DNA from: Oryzomicrobium sp.
GTDB taxonomy: Bacteria > Pseudomonadota > Gammaproteobacteria > Burkholderiales > Rhodocyclaceae
Direction: 5' to 3'
Assembly (NCBI RefSeq): GCF_021287045.1
Contig: NZ_JAJTBG010000007.1
Location: 84,340-148,339 of the forward strand
DNA length: 64,000 nt
Under the pieces are notes generated by a model. The model saw only the letters and a list, made by a program, of their open reading frames with translations, made no database searches and had not been told where the DNA came from. A program made the translations under genes and the position numbers. Of the stretch, positions 21,408-32,330 are shown in pieces (position 1 is the stretch's first letter; each line of letters begins with the position of its first letter).

Positions 21408-22721
21408 GTGGCTTCGACCGTAACGGTTATGGACGATGTGGCGCGCATTCAGCGAGCCATCATCGATTTTTTGCAGGATCGCCTCCAGCCCAAGCTGGAC
21501 AAGCTCAAGGCCGGGGATGACGAGACCCGGCAGCGGCTCATCGACGAGCATCGCCCGGCCGCGTGGCTGGCCGATGCGGTGCGCCGGGTGGGGCAGATTC
21601 AACTGGTGTCCCACGCCGTCAAGTTCACCCACCCCTCGGCGGATGGGTCGAGCCTGGCCAGCCGGGGCAATCCGGCGGCGCCGCCGCTGGAACTCGGCAC
21701 CCATACTCTGGGCGACGACTGGGCGCCGGACGTGGTCGGCAACGCGGCGGCCCTCGACGTCTACAAGTTCCTGCGCCTGAAGGTGGATGGCCGCACATTG
21801 CTGGAGCGCGCCGAGGCCGGCGACCCGGCCCTGGCTGCGGCCCTTTCCGACGACCCGGCCCAGGCCGGTGAATGGCTGTCGGCTTTTGCCGGCCTGGGCC
21901 GTTCCCGCGGGCGGCCCGCCTCCCACAAGCTGGCCCGGCAGATCTACTGGCCGGTGGGGGAGGGGCAATACCATCTGCTGGCCCCGCTGTTCTCGTCGTC
22001 ACTGGCCCATGCGGCCTACCGGCGCATCAACGACGACCTGTTCTCCGACGGCGCCAAGGCAGCCCGGGAGGCCCGGCGCGCCGGCAAGCACAGCGAGCGG
22101 GGGTTCCGGGACTATCCCCGGCTGGCCATCCAGAGCTTCGGCGGTTCCAAACCCCAGAACATCAGCCAACTCAACAGCGAGCGCCGGGGCGAGAACTACC
22201 TGCTGCCGTCCCTGCCGCCCGTGTGGAAATCGGCGGAGGTGAAGCCGCCCCTGGGTTGCGACACGGTCTTCATGGCCCGGCGCCAGTTCGGCGCACGGCC
22301 CGAAGTCCGGCGGCTGGCCGTGGTTCTGCGCGATTTCCTGGTCAGCGTGCGCAATGCCCCCAGCAATGTCCGCATTCGCGCCACCCGGGAGCAACTGGTG
22401 GCGGACCTGGTCGATCAGGTTCTGCAAATGGCCGCCGAACTGCGCACCCTGGAACCGGGCTGGAGCGTCGGCGAAGGCTGCCGGCTCAACTTGGACGAGC
22501 AATGCTGGCTCGATCCACTGCACCACCGCGATGACGAAGCCAGCCAGGCCCATTACCTCGGTGGGGCGTGGAAGGACGAGGTGTGCCGCCGCTTCGCCGC
22601 ATGGCTGAATGGCCGGCTGCAAACCGACAAGACCGGCTTTGGCGACGACGAGGCCCTGGAATGGCGGCGGGTGCTGGACCGGGAGCTGAACCTGCTGAAG
22701 GAGAACCTGGGCGATGAATGA
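21408..22721 (+). CDS. csy1: type I-F Cascade large subunit Csy1 (Cas8f)
   Basis: GTG 21408 sits 6 nt after AGGAAGGAG. IIDFLQDRLQPKLDKLKAGDDETRQRLIDEHRPAAWLADAVRRVGQIQLVSHAVKFTHP parallels the P. aeruginosa Csy1 N-terminus from memory. Confidence 0.9.
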   Translation: MASTVTVMDDVARIQRAIIDFLQDRLQPKLDKLKAGDDETRQRLIDEHRPAAWLADAVRRVGQIQLVSHAVKFTHPSADGSSLASRGNPAAPPLELGTHTLGDDWAPDVVGNAAALDVYKFLRLKVDGRTLLERAEAGDPALAAALSDDPAQAGEWLSAFAGLGRSRGRPASHKLARQIYWPVGEGQYHLLAPLFSSSLAHAAYRRINDDLFSDGAKAAREARRAGKHSERGFRDYPRLAIQSFGGSKPQNISQLNSERRGENYLLPSLPPVWKSAEVKPPLGCDTVFMARRQFGARPEVRRLAVVLRDFLVSVRNAPSNVRIRATREQLVADLVDQVLQMAAELRTLEPGWSVGEGCRLNLDEQCWLDPLHHRDDEASQAHYLGGAWKDEVCRRFAAWLNGRLQTDKTGFGDDEALEWRRVLDRELNLLKENLGDE

Positions 22722-23844
22722 CCGCAACCCTTTCCGCCCCTCCGGTCCGGTCGGCGTGCTGCTCCTGCCCCGGTTGCGGGTGCAGAACGCCAATGCCGTT
22801 TCCGGGCCCCTGACCTGGGGCTTTCCCGCGCCCAGCGCCTTTCTCGGCTTCGCCCATGCCCTCGAACGGCGGCTGGCGGCAAGTCACGGCGTGGCGTTCG
22901 AAGGCGTGGGCATCGTCTGCCACGGCTTCGATCCCCAGGTGTTCACCCCAAACCGCCGCCGGCATCTGGTGTTCACCCAGAGCCGCAATCCGGTGTACCT
23001 CAAGCGCGATGCGGCCAAGTTCGTCGCTGATGGCACGCCGCCCGCCATTGTCGAGGAGGGCAAGGCCCACCTGGAGGTGAGCCTGGTCCTCGGGGTGCGG
23101 CAGCACGGCTTCATCGAAGCCCTCGAAGGCCAGATGTTTGCCGAAGCGGCGGGCCAGGCCGCCCTGGGCATGCGCCTGGCCGGGGGCAGCATCCTGCCCG
23201 CCAAGCCGAGGTGGCAGGCACACTGGCTGGATTGGCCCGAATCCCGGAACGAGCAGTGCCGCGCCTTTGCCAGGTTGCGCCGCCGGCTCTTGCCGGGCTT
23301 CGCCTTGGTCCATCGCCCCGACCTGCTGGCCGAACGGCTGGCGGCGTTGCAGGCCGAGGCGCCCGGAGCCGGTCTGCTCGATGCCTTGCTCCACCTCAGC
23401 GGCCTCAACCATGCGCCCGTTCCGCCCGTGGAGACGGCCCCGCCGGTTCCGGTGGCCGAGGGTGAAGCTGCTGCCGGCCCCGGGCCGCAGGCGGTTAAAG
23501 AGGTTACCAAGGACGCCACCAAAGAGGCCACCAAGGTCGCTTGGGACGTTGAGAGACGGCCCGGCTGGCTGGTGCCTCTGCCGGTCGGCTACGCGGGTCT
23601 GTCGCCGCTCCACGGGCCGGGCGAGGTCGGCGGCGCCCGGGACGATGCCACCCCGCTGCGCTTCGTCGAAAGCCTCTATTCGCTTGGGCAGTGGCTCGGG
23701 CCGCACCGCCTCGGCTGCCTGGAGCAATTGTTGTGGCACAGCACCGCCGATCCGCTCGCCGGGTTGTACCGCTGCACCAACCATTACGTTGATCACGTCG
23801 ATACCCTCGCCGGCGCCGGCGAAACCACCATGCAAGGAGCCTGA
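22714..23844 (+). CDS. csy2: type I-F Cascade subunit Csy2 (Cas5f)
   Basis: 8-nt overlap with csy1. [35 protein letters not shown] is Csy2-like. Position within the csy1-4 operon fits. Confidence 0.9.
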   Translation: MNDRNPFRPSGPVGVLLLPRLRVQNANAVSGPLTWGFPAPSAFLGFAHALERRLAASHGVAFEGVGIVCHGFDPQVFTPNRRRHLVFTQSRNPVYLKRDAAKFVADGTPPAIVEEGKAHLEVSLVLGVRQHGFIEALEGQMFAEAAGQAALGMRLAGGSILPAKPRWQAHWLDWPESRNEQCRAFARLRRRLLPGFALVHRPDLLAERLAALQAEAPGAGLLDALLHLSGLNHAPVPPVETAPPVPVAEGEAAAGPGPQAVKEVTKDATKEATKVAWDVERRPGWLVPLPVGYAGLSPLHGPGEVGGARDDATPLRFVESLYSLGQWLGPHRLGCLEQLLWHSTADPLAGLYRCTNHYVDHVDTLAGAGETTMQGA

Positions 23845-23846
23845 CC

Positions 23847-24890
23847 ATGGCCAAGAACGAACTCACCACCGCCTCCGTCCTCGCCTTTGAACGCAAGCTC
23901 GACCCTTCCGACGCGCTGTTTGCCGCCGGCCGCTGGGCGGATCGCACCGCCGACGGGCAGTGGTCGGCCGTCGCCCTGCGCGAAAAATCCGTGCGCGGCA
24001 CCATCTCGAACCGGCTCAAGACCAAGGGGGCCGACGCCGCCAAGCTCGACGCCGCCATCGAAAACCCCAACCTGCAAACGGTGGACGTGGCGGCCCTGCC
24101 CAACGACGCCGACACCCTGCGCGTGCGCTTCACCTTGCGCGTGCTGGGCGGCGCCGGCCAGCCGTCGGCCTGCAACAACGCCGCCTACCGAACCAAGCTG
24201 CAAGCCACGGTGCAAAGCTACGTGGACGAGATCGGCTTTGCCGAGTTGGCGCGCCGCTACGCCATCAACCTGGCCAATGGCCGCTTCCTGTGGCGCAACC
24301 GGGTCGGTGCCGAACAGGTCGAGGTCGTGGTGCGCCATCTGGTGGGCGGCGAGGCCAGTCACACCTGGCGTTTCGACGCCATGGCCTTCAGCCTGCGCAA
24401 CTTCGACGTGCCGGCCGCTTCGGCCAAGGACTTGGCGCAGTTGGCCAGCACCATCGCCCAGGGCCTGGCGGGCCGGGACCACGTTCTGCTCGAAGTGGTG
24501 GCCTACGCCCGGGTCGGCGACGGCCAGGAGGTCTATCCCTCCCAGGAGCTGGTGCTGGACAAGGGCGACAAGCGCGGCCAGAAGAGCAAGGTGCTGTACG
24601 CGGTGAACGAGGTGGCCGCCCTGCACAGCCAGAAGGTCGGCAATGCCCTGCGCACCGTCGACACCTGGTACCCGGACGAGGACGGCGATGGCCTGGGCCC
24701 CATCGCGGTCGAGCCCTACGGCTCCGTCACCAGCCAGGGCAAGGCCTACCGGCAGCCGCGCAAGGGGGACTTCTACACTCTGCTCGACGGCTGGGTGCTC
24801 AAGGACCAGGTGCCGGACGAAGGTGGCCGGCACTTCGTCATGGCCACCCTGATCCGGGGCGGCGTGTTCGGCGACAGCGACAAGGAATGA
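23847..24890 (+). CDS. csy3: type I-F Cascade backbone subunit Csy3 (Cas7f)
   Basis: 347-aa [17 protein letters not shown]...RGTISNRLK...[11 protein letters not shown]...[14 protein letters not shown] is Csy3-like. Operon position fits. Confidence 0.92.
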   Translation: MAKNELTTASVLAFERKLDPSDALFAAGRWADRTADGQWSAVALREKSVRGTISNRLKTKGADAAKLDAAIENPNLQTVDVAALPNDADTLRVRFTLRVLGGAGQPSACNNAAYRTKLQATVQSYVDEIGFAELARRYAINLANGRFLWRNRVGAEQVEVVVRHLVGGEASHTWRFDAMAFSLRNFDVPAASAKDLAQLASTIAQGLAGRDHVLLEVVAYARVGDGQEVYPSQELVLDKGDKRGQKSKVLYAVNEVAALHSQKVGNALRTVDTWYPDEDGDGLGPIAVEPYGSVTSQGKAYRQPRKGDFYTLLDGWVLKDQVPDEGGRHFVMATLIRGGVFGDSDKE

Positions 24891-24900
24891 GGCCCGCGCC

Positions 24901-25464
24901 ATGGACGCCTATGTCGACCTCCGTCTTTTGCCCGACCCGGAATTCCCCCAGCCGTTGCTGATGAATGCCCTGTTCGCCAAGTTCCACCGTGGTTTGGTGG
25001 CCCATGGCGAAGGGCGCATTGGCATCAGTTTCCCCGAGGTGGATGCCCGGCGCCCCAGTCTGGGGGGCTGCCTGCGGCTGCACGGCGGTGCCGGCGAGTT
25101 GTCGGCCTTCCTGGGCAGCGGCTGGCTGGCCGGCATGGCCGATCACCTGGCGGTGGGGCAGGTTGCCCCGATTCCCCCGGGGGCCGGGCACTGCCTCGTC
25201 CGCCGGGTCCAGGCCAAAAGCAGCCCGGAGCGCCTGCGGCGGCGGCTGATGCGGCGCAAGGGCATCGGTGAGGCCGAAGCCGCCCAGGCCATTCCCGATG
25301 CCAGCGCCAGGCGGCTCGACCTGCCTTACCTGACGCTGCGCAGCGCCAGCACCGGCCAGCAGTTCCGCCTGTTCATCGAGCACCTGCCTGACCAGGCCGG
25401 CGCCAGCCCGGGCGCCTTCAGCGCCTACGGCCTCAGCCCGACCGCCACACTGCCCTGGTTCTAA
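24901..25464 (+). CDS. cas6f: CRISPR RNA endoribonuclease Cas6f (Csy4)
   Basis: 187-aa ORF. MDAYVDLRLLPDPEFPQPLLMNALFAKFHRGLV...RRLMRRKG...FRLFIE is Csy4-like. Directly followed by leader and array. Confidence 0.92.
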   Translation: MDAYVDLRLLPDPEFPQPLLMNALFAKFHRGLVAHGEGRIGISFPEVDARRPSLGGCLRLHGGAGELSAFLGSGWLAGMADHLAVGQVAPIPPGAGHCLVRRVQAKSSPERLRRRLMRRKGIGEAEAAQAIPDASARRLDLPYLTLRSASTGQQFRLFIEHLPDQAGASPGAFSAYGLSPTATLPWF

Positions 25465-25595
25465 CCCTTTTTCTCGCCCCTTTGCCATCTCCTTGTTTTT
25501 AAAGGAAGTGGAGAAGGGGCGTTATTTTTGGGTCAAGCCAGGAGAAAATGTTGGAGTTCCTTGCCAGGCAAGGGGCTGGGGTAATGTTGTGGCTA
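25465..25595 (+). promoter_or_regulatory. CRISPR1 leader (131 nt)
   Basis: AT-enriched stretch between the cas6f stop and the first repeat. Possible TTGCCA-15 nt-TAATGT at 25560-25586. Duplicated at 35331-35461. Confidence 0.7.
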
Positions 25596-28500
25596 CTTCA
25601 CTGCCGTATAGGCAGCTCAGAAAACGGTGCCCACCAGGGGCTTGCGGAACAGCAGCTTCACTGCCGTATAGGCAGCTCAGAAAAAACGGAACCTACCGCC
25701 GGGGCCTGCGGGCAGCTTCACTGCCGTATAGGCAGCTCAGAAATCTTCGTGCTCATCTTCGGCGGCCCCTTTCGGCTTCACTGCCGTATAGGCAGCTCAG
25801 AAATAAGTGAATCAGATATTTGCAACACTCCTGATCTTCACTGCCGTATAGGCAGCTCAGAAATGGTGACCTGGAAGGCGAAATCTTGGAAGGGACTTCA
25901 CTGCCGTATAGGCAGCTCAGAAACACTACGCCACCACCGCCTCTTCGGACGAATTCTTCACTGCCGTATAGGCAGCTCAGAAATGGTACTCGCCGGGGAA
26001 GCTGGGCATTGAACCCTTCACTGCCGTATAGGCAGCTCAGAAATATGCCAAAAGTCATATTGACATGCTGAACAACTTCACTGCCGTATAGGCAGCTCAG
26101 AAATTGATGTTCCACGCCGCGCCCAGCAGGGCCACCTTCACTGCCGTATAGGCAGCTCAGAAAAGGAAGGGAACCGTCGCCGGCATCCTGGCGTTCTTCA
26201 CTGCCGTATAGGCAGCTCAGAAATTCACCGGCCAGATTCCCCTCGTTGTATTTAGCTTCACTGCCGTATAGGCAGCTCAGAAAGCACTTGAGTGGCTCGA
26301 CGAACCGCATGAAGAACTTCACTGCCGTATAGGCAGCTCAGAAATGATTCGAGGCACAGACAATGCACGCCACCCGCTTCACTGCCGTATAGGCAGCTCA
26401 GAAAGCCAGGCGCAACTTCGAGGTGAAGCGGAATTTCTTCACTGCCGTATAGGCAGCTCAGAAACTGGCCTCGCCGAAGCTGGGGTGGACCATTGACTTC
26501 ACTGCCGTATAGGCAGCTCAGAAATGGCACGCAAGAGAAAAGTCCGCCAAAACTCCCCTTCACTGCCGTATAGGCAGCTCAGAAAGGGTGGTGGCCTGAT
26601 CCCTTCCGATCACATATCTTCACTGCCGTATAGGCAGCTCAGAAATGGTCAATCAGTTCTGCGGGGGTCATAGGGCGCTTCACTGCCGTATAGGCAGCTC
26701 AGAAATGCAGGCCGCGGCGCTGCATGCCGAGGCCCAGCTTCACTGCCGTATAGGCAGCTCAGAAAATCTGGTCCGGTAACGGTCTTCGGCTTGTTCCCTT
26801 CACTGCCGTATAGGCAGCTCAGAAAACTTGGCGAAAAGCTCCAATCCTTCTTGACTTCTTCACTGCCGTATAGGCAGCTCAGAAATAAAGAGCATTGGCT
26901 TGCATTGGACAATGGACCTTCACTGCCGTATAGGCAGCTCAGAAATCTTCGGCGGTGAAATCGACGGTCTGGCCCTGCTTCACTGCCGTATAGGCAGCTC
27001 AGAAATGTAGGACTTGTGTCCGAGGAACTGCTGGACACTTCACTGCCGTATAGGCAGCTCAGAAAGTCCCGGCGAACCAGGGCTGTCCGTCGATTTCCCT
27101 TCACTGCCGTATAGGCAGCTCAGAAAACGCCCTTTTGCTCAAAATTTGAGCAGAGCGCTTCACTGCCGTATAGGCAGCTCAGAAACAGTACTGCGCCGAC
27201 AACGGAATCGTGCGCCACCTTCACTGCCGTATAGGCAGCTCAGAAATGGAAGAAGATAGCGCCGCACTGGCCGAACAACTTCACTGCCGTATAGGCAGCT
27301 CAGAAAAAAGGCAACCTGGACCTGGAGGCTGTGAAGAACTTCACTGCCGTATAGGCAGCTCAGAAAAATTCGGCGGCGGTGAAGCCCAGCTCCATGACCT
27401 TCACTGCCGTATAGGCAGCTCAGAAATGAAAGCCTTTGAGGCTTCCAATGTGACGGAACTTCACTGCCGTATAGGCAGCTCAGAAATGCTCAACGACCTG
27501 CAGGAGGCCGTGGCCAAGCTTCACTGCCGTATAGGCAGCTCAGAAAAACCGCTTCGCAGAACTGACCAGCGGCGCGTTCTTCACTGCCGTATAGGCAGCT
27601 CAGAAAACAAACGCGCTGTGCTGCGTTTTTTCATACCGCTTCACTGCCGTATAGGCAGCTCAGAAAAAGTACCTGCACAAGTGTTTCGATGAGCTTGAAC
27701 TTCACTGCCGTATAGGCAGCTCAGAAAAGGTGGCGTCGTCGTTGTCGCTGGGGAGCAGGCTTCACTGCCGTATAGGCAGCTCAGAAAGCAAGACCGGCGC
27801 GCTCCGCGCGCGTGCCGTCCTTCACTGCCGTATAGGCAGCTCAGAAAATGTCTTGGCCGCAACAACGCCAGCGCCAACCCTTCACTGCCGTATAGGCAGC
27901 TCAGAAAATCGGCAGCCACAATGCGCCCTGAATAGCCCCCTTCACTGCCGTATAGGCAGCTCAGAAAGTCGCCGCCATCCTGGCGTTGACCTGTTTCGCC
28001 TTCACTGCCGTATAGGCAGCTCAGAAAACGGAGCCGCTGGCCGCCCGCTGGTCTGTTTTCTTCACTGCCGTATAGGCAGCTCAGAAATGGCAGCGGCAAT
28101 CATCAAAGCGGCAGGCCATCTTCACTGCCGTATAGGCAGCTCAGAAAACCGCCTGTCTTAACGATGGCGGAGCAGTTGTCTTCACTGCCGTATAGGCAGC
28201 TCAGAAATTAAATTCAGGCTTTGGCCGTGGGTTTGTATCCTTCACTGCCGTATAGGCAGCTCAGAAAAACTGGAATAAAACAATGAAACCCCGAACCCGC
28301 TTCACTGCCGTATAGGCAGCTCAGAAATTGCCGAAACCCAGAAAGAGGCGGGGCTTGAGCTTCACTGCCGTATAGGCAGCTCAGAAAATGATGCTGGCGA
28401 TGATGCCTTCCAGATAGGTTCTTCACTGCCGTATAGGCAGCTCAGAAAGAAGAGCAATGGTCGATCATTGATCCGACGATCTTCACTGCCGTATAGGCAG

Positions 28501-30369
28501 CTCAGAAAGGTTCCGAATTCCTTTTCTATGGTATCGCTCGCTTCACTGCCGTATAGGCAGCTCAGAAAAGAACGACTTGAAGGCCCTGGGGTGGCTGGTG
28601 CTTCACTGCCGTATAGGCAGCTCAGAAAAGGGAAAGACGCCGATCCCGACGGAGCGCTGGCTTCACTGCCGTATAGGCAGCTCAGAAAAGGCGCATCCGG
28701 CGGGCGTCAGGCAAGGCGGCCTTCACTGCCGTATAGGCAGCTCAGAAAGGCTGAAACCTTTCCTTCCTATAGACCCTCCCCTTCACTGCCGTATAGGCAG
28801 CTCAGAAAATTGAGGCGTAGCTCTTGCCGGCACGGGGAAGCTTCACTGCCGTATAGGCAGCTCAGAAAACCCCGAGGTCGAGTGGGATTCGTCCCTGCTC
28901 CTTCACTGCCGTATAGGCAGCTCAGAAAATCATCAAGACCCCCGCCCCGGATTCTTTCAGCTTCACTGCCGTATAGGCAGCTCAGAAAAGTCCGAAACCA
29001 CGGCCACGGAGACGCCGGGCCTTCACTGCCGTATAGGCAGCTCAGAAATGTTCGCGTGGAACCAGGCGATGCCCTATTGGCTTCACTGCCGTATAGGCAG
29101 CTCAGAAATCTTTCAGTTCTGGATCGAGGCCGGGGCATACCTTCACTGCCGTATAGGCAGCTCAGAAAGCTCGATGATCGGGCCGCCCTGAGTCCAGTTG
29201 CTTCACTGCCGTATAGGCAGCTCAGAAATCGACAGCGCCGCGGGCGAGCAGCAAATCCTCCTTCACTGCCGTATAGGCAGCTCAGAAAATCTTGTTCGTG
29301 TTCGGCAGATAGTCCTTGTTCTTCACTGCCGTATAGGCAGCTCAGAAAACCTAGGAAAAGCCATGCAACTGACAGCTGAACTTCACTGCCGTATAGGCAG
29401 CTCAGAAAGTACCGAACGCGAGGCCGTGCCAATGGCCATCCTTCACTGCCGTATAGGCAGCTCAGAAAAACGGGAGTGACCGTTACGCCGTAACGGCATG
29501 CTTCACTGCCGTATAGGCAGCTCAGAAAAGTGGTCGATCTGGGACTTGAACTTCCGCCCGCTTCACTGCCGTATAGGCAGCTCAGAAAGACAACGGAATC
29601 GTGCGCCACGAAGTGTCCTTCTTCACTGCCGTATAGGCAGCTCAGAAACCGATGCGCATCCGGCTGACCCTGGACGACAATCTTCACTGCCGTATAGGCC
29701 GCTCAGAAATGCACCGCCTCCCAAGCCTGCTGAGAAGAACCCTTCACTGCCGTATAGGCAGCTCAGAAAATCAAGGAGCAAGGCCATGATCCGCCTCTAC
29801 GCTTCACTGCCGTATAGGCAGCTCAGAAATGGGCAGCGCGGCGAACACGTCACCGCTCTCCCTTCACTGCCGTATAGGCAGCTCAGAAAAAGTCCAAGCT
29901 GCCGGACGGCGAACCGGACGACTTCACTGCCGTATAGGCAGCTCAGAAAAAGATACCGCCCAGCAGTCCAGCCCCAAGACCCTTCACTGCCGTATAGGCA
30001 GCTCAGAAAAATGAATCAAGCACTTGCGCAATAACTTCCTTCTTCACTGCCGTATAGGCAGCTCAGAAATGGGCAAGCTGGCCATCAAGAGCCTGTCCCG
30101 CCTTCACCGCCGTATAGGCAGCTCAGAAAAGCCGCAATCCGAAAGCCGCATCCGGATCGTGCTTCACTGCCGTATAGGCAGCTCAGAAAATGCCACGGTC
30201 GGCCGCCGCGCCGGCAAGGTCCTTCACTGCCGTATAGGCAGCTCAGAAAAGCGAGAGCCGAAACCTAGTACGCCAATCCGCCTTCACTGCCGTATAGGCA
30301 GCTCAGAAAAGGTCGCCCGACCGCACCGGCCTGGTGGTGGACTTCACTGCCGTACAGGCAGCTAATAAG
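25596..30369 (+). CRISPR. CRISPR1: about 80 x 28-nt type I-F repeats, 79 spacers (31-33 nt, mostly 32)
   Basis: Repeat CTTCACTGCCGTATAGGCAGCTCAGAAA carries the PA14-type hairpin CTGCCGTATAGGCAG. Period is 60 nt, with six net +1 shifts tracked by eye. Variant repeats at 29682 (GGCCGC) and 30102 (CACCGCC). Degenerate terminal repeat at 30342-30369 (..GTACAGGCAGCTAATAAG). Orientation follows from leader position, terminal-repeat decay and repeat sense. Confidence 0.97.
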
Positions 30370-30386
30370 CCGAAAAAATAAACAAC

Positions 30387-32330
30387 TCAATGCACCACAT
30401 CGCACAGTCGTTCTTGCGGACCTGTCGCTGTGTGTAGTTTTGCCGTACCACGAAGCCCGATCTCCACCACCATCCCGCCACCATCCCCGGCGCTGGCCTG
30501 CAAGTTGCCGCCATGGGCTTCGACGATGCGTCTGGCGAAGTAGTAGCCCAAGCCGCTGCCTTTCTTGCCCAGCGACGAGTCGGCGCGGTAGTAGGGGGTT
30601 CCCAGCATCGCCAAATCCTCGTCGTTCAGGGATGGGCCCCGGTCGGCGATCCTGATGCGCAGTTCTCCGGCGCTTACTGTTGCCGCGATTTCCACGGCGG
30701 TGTCGGGTGGCGAATAGCGCAGGGCGTTGTCCATCAGATTGCCCACGGCCATGCCCAGCAGGGTGGGGTCGAGGCTAAACGCTGCGTCGGAGGGTTCGAC
30801 CGTCAGCACGACCCGCTTGCCGGCATCCTCGCCCAGCATGCGCACCGCCTCTTCGAGCAGGGGGCGGATGGGGCAATGCGTGCGGGAGAGGGCCAAGCCG
30901 CCGTGGTCGAGGGCTTCCGTCAGCAGGAAGTTGTCCACCAGCCCGGAAAGGGTGGCGACGTTGCCGCGTATCTGCGCCAGGCGCCGGCTTTCTCCGGCCG
31001 CCAGTTCCGGCGTCTTGATCCCGATCATCTGGGCCGAACGGTCGATGGCGGCGAGGGGATTGCGGAATTCGTGGGAGAGCATGGCGACGAAGCGCCGCTG
31101 TTCCTCGGTCCGTTGCGTGGCGAGGGTGGCCTTCTGCTCGGCCATGGCCTTGTCACGCGGCACCTGGCGCAGGCGCAGCGCCAGGCCGCAACTCATCACC
31201 AGCACATGAACCAGGGGGGCCATCTGGTAGAGGGCCACCACGTTCTGGGGCAGCATCCCCAGGTTGGCGGCGGTGTTCACCCCGGTGCCCAGCGCCGGAA
31301 TGATGAAGGCGACGAAATACACCATCAGTTCGACCCGGCGGGTGCGCCACCAGGCGATCAGCACCAGGGCCATGCCGATGAGGAAATTGAGGCTGTTCAG
31401 GTAATTCGCCAGCTTCACGACCACCAGCAGCGCCGAGGTCACCAGAAAGGGCATCAGCGCGAAGGGCAGCAGGGCGAGGTTGAGGACGATGGTGAACCGA
31501 TACAGGCGGTGGATGCGCGGATAGGCCTGTTTCAGCTCCAGCAGCCGGCTCCACATGAGCACGATGGCGATCGCCCCGCCCAGCCAGCCGATGCGCGGGA
31601 ACACATCGACGAGCCAGGGCGCGTCGAGGGCGAACAGCACCGGCAGGTAGCCGGTGACGCCCAGGTTGAACAGCACCTGGGAGGCGATATAGCCGGCATA
31701 GGCGGCCATGACGACGTCGCGAAGCCACGCGCCGAGTATCGAATAGAGCAGCACTGCGATCAGCAGGATGCCGAAGTACAACCCGCCGTGAAAATTGCTG
31801 CGGGTTTCGTTGGCGACGAAAACGCCGGGCTGCCAGAGTTCGGCGGTGACGTTGATGGCGTTGTGCGTGCGCACGCGGAAATAGACGTCGGTGTGCCCGG
31901 AGGCGTCGACGGGCACGGCGAACAGGCGGGTCTGGTACGGGCGATCCCCGTAAGGCCGGTGATAGCCGAGGGCGTACTGTGCAAAGCCTCCCTCCGGTTT
32001 TTCCACCCAGATGTCTACTTCCTCCAGCTCGGGAATGCCGATGGTCAGCACCCAGCGCGCAGGCGCGGCCGAGGCCTGGTTGCTGAGTTCGAAACGGAAC
32101 CAGTGGGCGGCCGTGTCGTAGCCCAGGCTGCGGAATTCGGGGAGGAGGGTGAAGCGCTGTTGGCGAACCGCCTCGAAGGACAGGGCATTGGCGGCATCGG
32201 CAAAATGCTCCAGCCGGCCTTCCAGGGAGGCATGCCGCGTATCCGCCGTTAGCACCAGGGGGGCGGCCTGGCTTGCCCCGGCCATCACGATCAGCACGAT
32301 CAGCACGATGGCCGCAAGCAGGCGCCGCAT
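30387..32330 (-). CDS. sensor histidine kinase with periplasmic 7TMR-DISM-type sensor and 7-TM module
   Basis: Start MRRLLAAIVLIVLIVMAGASQA. Extracellular domain, about 7 TM helices, H-box FVAMLSHEFRNPLAAI, N-box GNLMDNALRYSP, G-box GSGLGYYFARRIVEAHGG. Confidence 0.88.
   Translation of the reverse strand: MRRLLAAIVLIVLIVMAGASQAAPLVLTADTRHASLEGRLEHFADAANALSFEAVRQQRFTLLPEFRSLGYDTAAHWFRFELSNQASAAPARWVLTIGIPELEEVDIWVEKPEGGFAQYALGYHRPYGDRPYQTRLFAVPVDASGHTDVYFRVRTHNAINVTAELWQPGVFVANETRSNFHGGLYFGILLIAVLLYSILGAWLRDVVMAAYAGYIASQVLFNLGVTGYLPVLFALDAPWLVDVFPRIGWLGGAIAIVLMWSRLLELKQAYPRIHRLYRFTIVLNLALLPFALMPFLVTSALLVVVKLANYLNSLNFLIGMALVLIAWWRTRRVELMVYFVAFIIPALGTGVNTAANLGMLPQNVVALYQMAPLVHVLVMSCGLALRLRQVPRDKAMAEQKATLATQRTEEQRRFVAMLSHEFRNPLAAIDRSAQMIGIKTPELAAGESRRLAQIRGNVATLSGLVDNFLLTEALDHGGLALSRTHCPIRPLLEEAVRMLGEDAGKRVVLTVEPSDAAFSLDPTLLGMAVGNLMDNALRYSPPDTAVEIAATVSAGELRIRIADRGPSLNDEDLAMLGTPYYRADSSLGKKGSGLGYYFARRIVEAHGGNLQASAGDGGGMVVEIGLRGTAKLHTATGPQERLCDVVH

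Noticed and set aside
25493-30365. Dozens of track ORFs on both strands inside CRISPR1 with periodic peptides (..LHCRIGSSE.., ..SLPYRQLRK.., ..FLSCLYGSE..).
   Set aside because: They are translations of the 28-nt repeat in different frames, separated by unrelated 32-nt spacers. The 60-nt period keeps frames open. They are not genes.
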